From Conidiobolus incongruus B7586 (Eukaryota), in assembly GCA_000697335.1 (NCBI GenBank), contig JNEM01013221.1, positions 62,001-99,281 of the forward strand: a DNA stretch of 37,281 nt. Direction: 5' to 3'. The notes below the pieces were generated by a model that ran no database searches, was not told the DNA's origin, and saw nothing but the letters and a program-made list of their open reading frames with translations. A program made the position numbers and the translations under genes. This document shows, one piece after another, positions 35,122 through 37,281 of the stretch; positions within the stretch are counted from its first letter, which is position 1; each line of letters begins with the position of its first letter.

Positions 35122-37281
35122 CAAATTCCCCTATCACCTTAAAATTTTTATTATGAAGATGTTTTTCAATTTGATTATTCTCAAGATTGTTCAATTTGAT
35201 ATGGATATTTAAAACTGAATATGATATCGATCAATTACAACACTTTACCTTAATTGTTTATAGCCAATCTCATATTTACAAATTAAACTTAAAATTATTT
35301 ACGATAAAACAGAAAATAAATAGCTTTAAAAAATTCACTAATCTCAGATTCCTTCATCTATATTACTAATATCAAAAATTACACCTTGCTTTCATCCAAT
35401 CATTTTGTTCAACTTTTTATTCATGTTCAAATTGAAAATTTTGAATACATCACAGTCGATTTAATTGGATGATACTTATATGATCGTTTTATATAATTAT
35501 TAGATGATTGCAATATTCTTTTTGAACTCAAGTCAAAGGTAATGATGGCAGTTCTATCTTAATGCTCCGTTCATCATCAACATAAATAATATTAAGCTCA
35601 TTGTATATTGTATTATATAAATTATCAATTATTAAATAACATTTAAATGAATAAATTAAAAAGGAAAATAACCAGTCATTATAGCCAATTATGAATAAGC
35701 TCATATATTTCCATAAAGTATGAAAGTAACGGCAAATTTATATATTTTAATTAAATTGTCTAATCAAAGTTATAAAAAGAGATATCAGACAAACATTGAA
35801 AATTTCAAGGCTAAAACTTAAAAATTATAAAATTTTATAATAAAATATTTTTTGTGATATTATTATATATACAAAGACTAAAATAGAAATATATTTCGAA
35901 ATAATTTCATTATTCGAAAACAGTGTTTACAGTTAAAGGAATCAATGGATTAATTTAATAGATTCAGTTGAAATTCAATTTTATGATATTAGTACTCTCT
36001 AAAATATTGTGAATTCAAAATACAATGGATAATAAAAATTAATAATAGATGTCAAAATTAAAATATCCAATTTTGTGACTTCAAATAGTTACCAAATACG
36101 GAAATACCAATTATCTATTCTATCTTCCATGTTTGTTCCAAATATTATGATATTTAGTAGAATTGTTGATAAGTATTAAGAAATTTTTTGAGTTGAATCT
36201 GGGTCATTAGTTTTCCAGTTAGTTTGTAAATACAAGATAATTTTACCATTTATTCTATAATTTTTGAATGTCTTAGAATGTGAATGTATTATATTGAAAA
36301 CATATAAAATTAATATACTCTGTTGATCCTCAAAATATATTCAATTTGTTTAAATTTAAAATTATATTATTTTTAATTGATTATATAATAAATTACAAAA
36401 TAAGAGAAATTCTAGTTTCTTGTATAGTAGTAGATCATAAATTAATTTTGAAACTATATTTCCTATAGTGCTTCGTTTTCTAATAATAATAACAAAATTT
36501 AAAAATCCTAGCCTATATATTTAGTCATTAATTTTCTAATATTTATATCCTATAATCTGTCATTGAATTAATAGATAACTCTTTAAATTTGTATTATTCA
36601 ATTCAAGTCTATCCTAATTGATAATATATAGAAAATTTTTAATTTTGCAATATAATATATTGTTGAATATATAGCATATTTGACTATTTGAATTATCAAA
36701 TTCCTAAATATTTTGGGCTTAAATTATATAATAATTGATTGATTATAAGCAATAATTTGTTTAATTTTGAATGTATTAATTTTAACACTGAATCACTTAA
36801 TTTTGAATTTAATCTCAATATATTTAACAACTTAACAATAAATTGAAAAATCAAATATCTGTTATAATATACTTTCCTTACTAATCCATATACTTATTAT
36901 TATTAATTACATAGTAATTAAATTCACACTTATTCCTTTTTTTAAGAATAAACTAGTTCAACTATCTAAATTAAGTTCTTAATTACCAAATAGTTTGAAG
37001 ACACTATTTCTTATTATTATCATTAAATTGAAAAATGGGAGATTTTTTAATTTTTGTTTTTTAAATATATTATTAGTCTCAAATAAAAAAAATTATATAA
37101 AACAAATAAAAAAATAAATAGCTTTGAAATATATATATAATAGATTATTTTTATTAAAAAATTAGTCTTTTAAAATTAGTTATTTAATTTAATTATATTT
37201 TGATTAATTAATAATTATCAAAAATCATTTATTTTTGTATATATAAAAAACCATAAACTTTTTAAAATAATTTAAAATTTA

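Overview
Very AT-rich eukaryotic DNA with short (~45-90 nt) GT-AG introns, most consistent with an early-diverging fungus. An entomophthoralean such as Conidiobolus is inferred from composition, intron style and the class-A-like GPCR, but is not proven. I reconstructed 13 protein-coding genes by hand: a 7TM class-A-like GPCR, YHM2-type mitochondrial carrier, ALG8, TVP15-like protein, PQ-loop YPQ/PQLC2 transporter, an orphan myristoylation/PPxY coiled-coil protein, a small single-TM protein, Dsc2/UBAC2-like protein, a small Ina17-like mitochondrial protein, Gvp36-like BAR protein, COA6, SEC65/SRP19 and a 7-exon SEN2 that the ORF track largely misses. A fourteenth gene is the intronless eEF2. 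Two apparent gene deserts hold decayed transposons. At ~8.6-9.9 kb there is a DD34D mariner transposase relic interrupted by a 331-bp solo LTR with a 4-bp target duplication. At ~15.9-21.5 kb there is a near full-length, heavily mutated Ty3/Gypsy relic. The mariner's inactivating changes are mostly G>A in TpG context (CpA>TpA on the other strand), a RIP-like pattern. That pattern, and the possible animal origin of the mariner, are the most interesting leads. No clearly new multi-gene system can be supported from the sequence alone.
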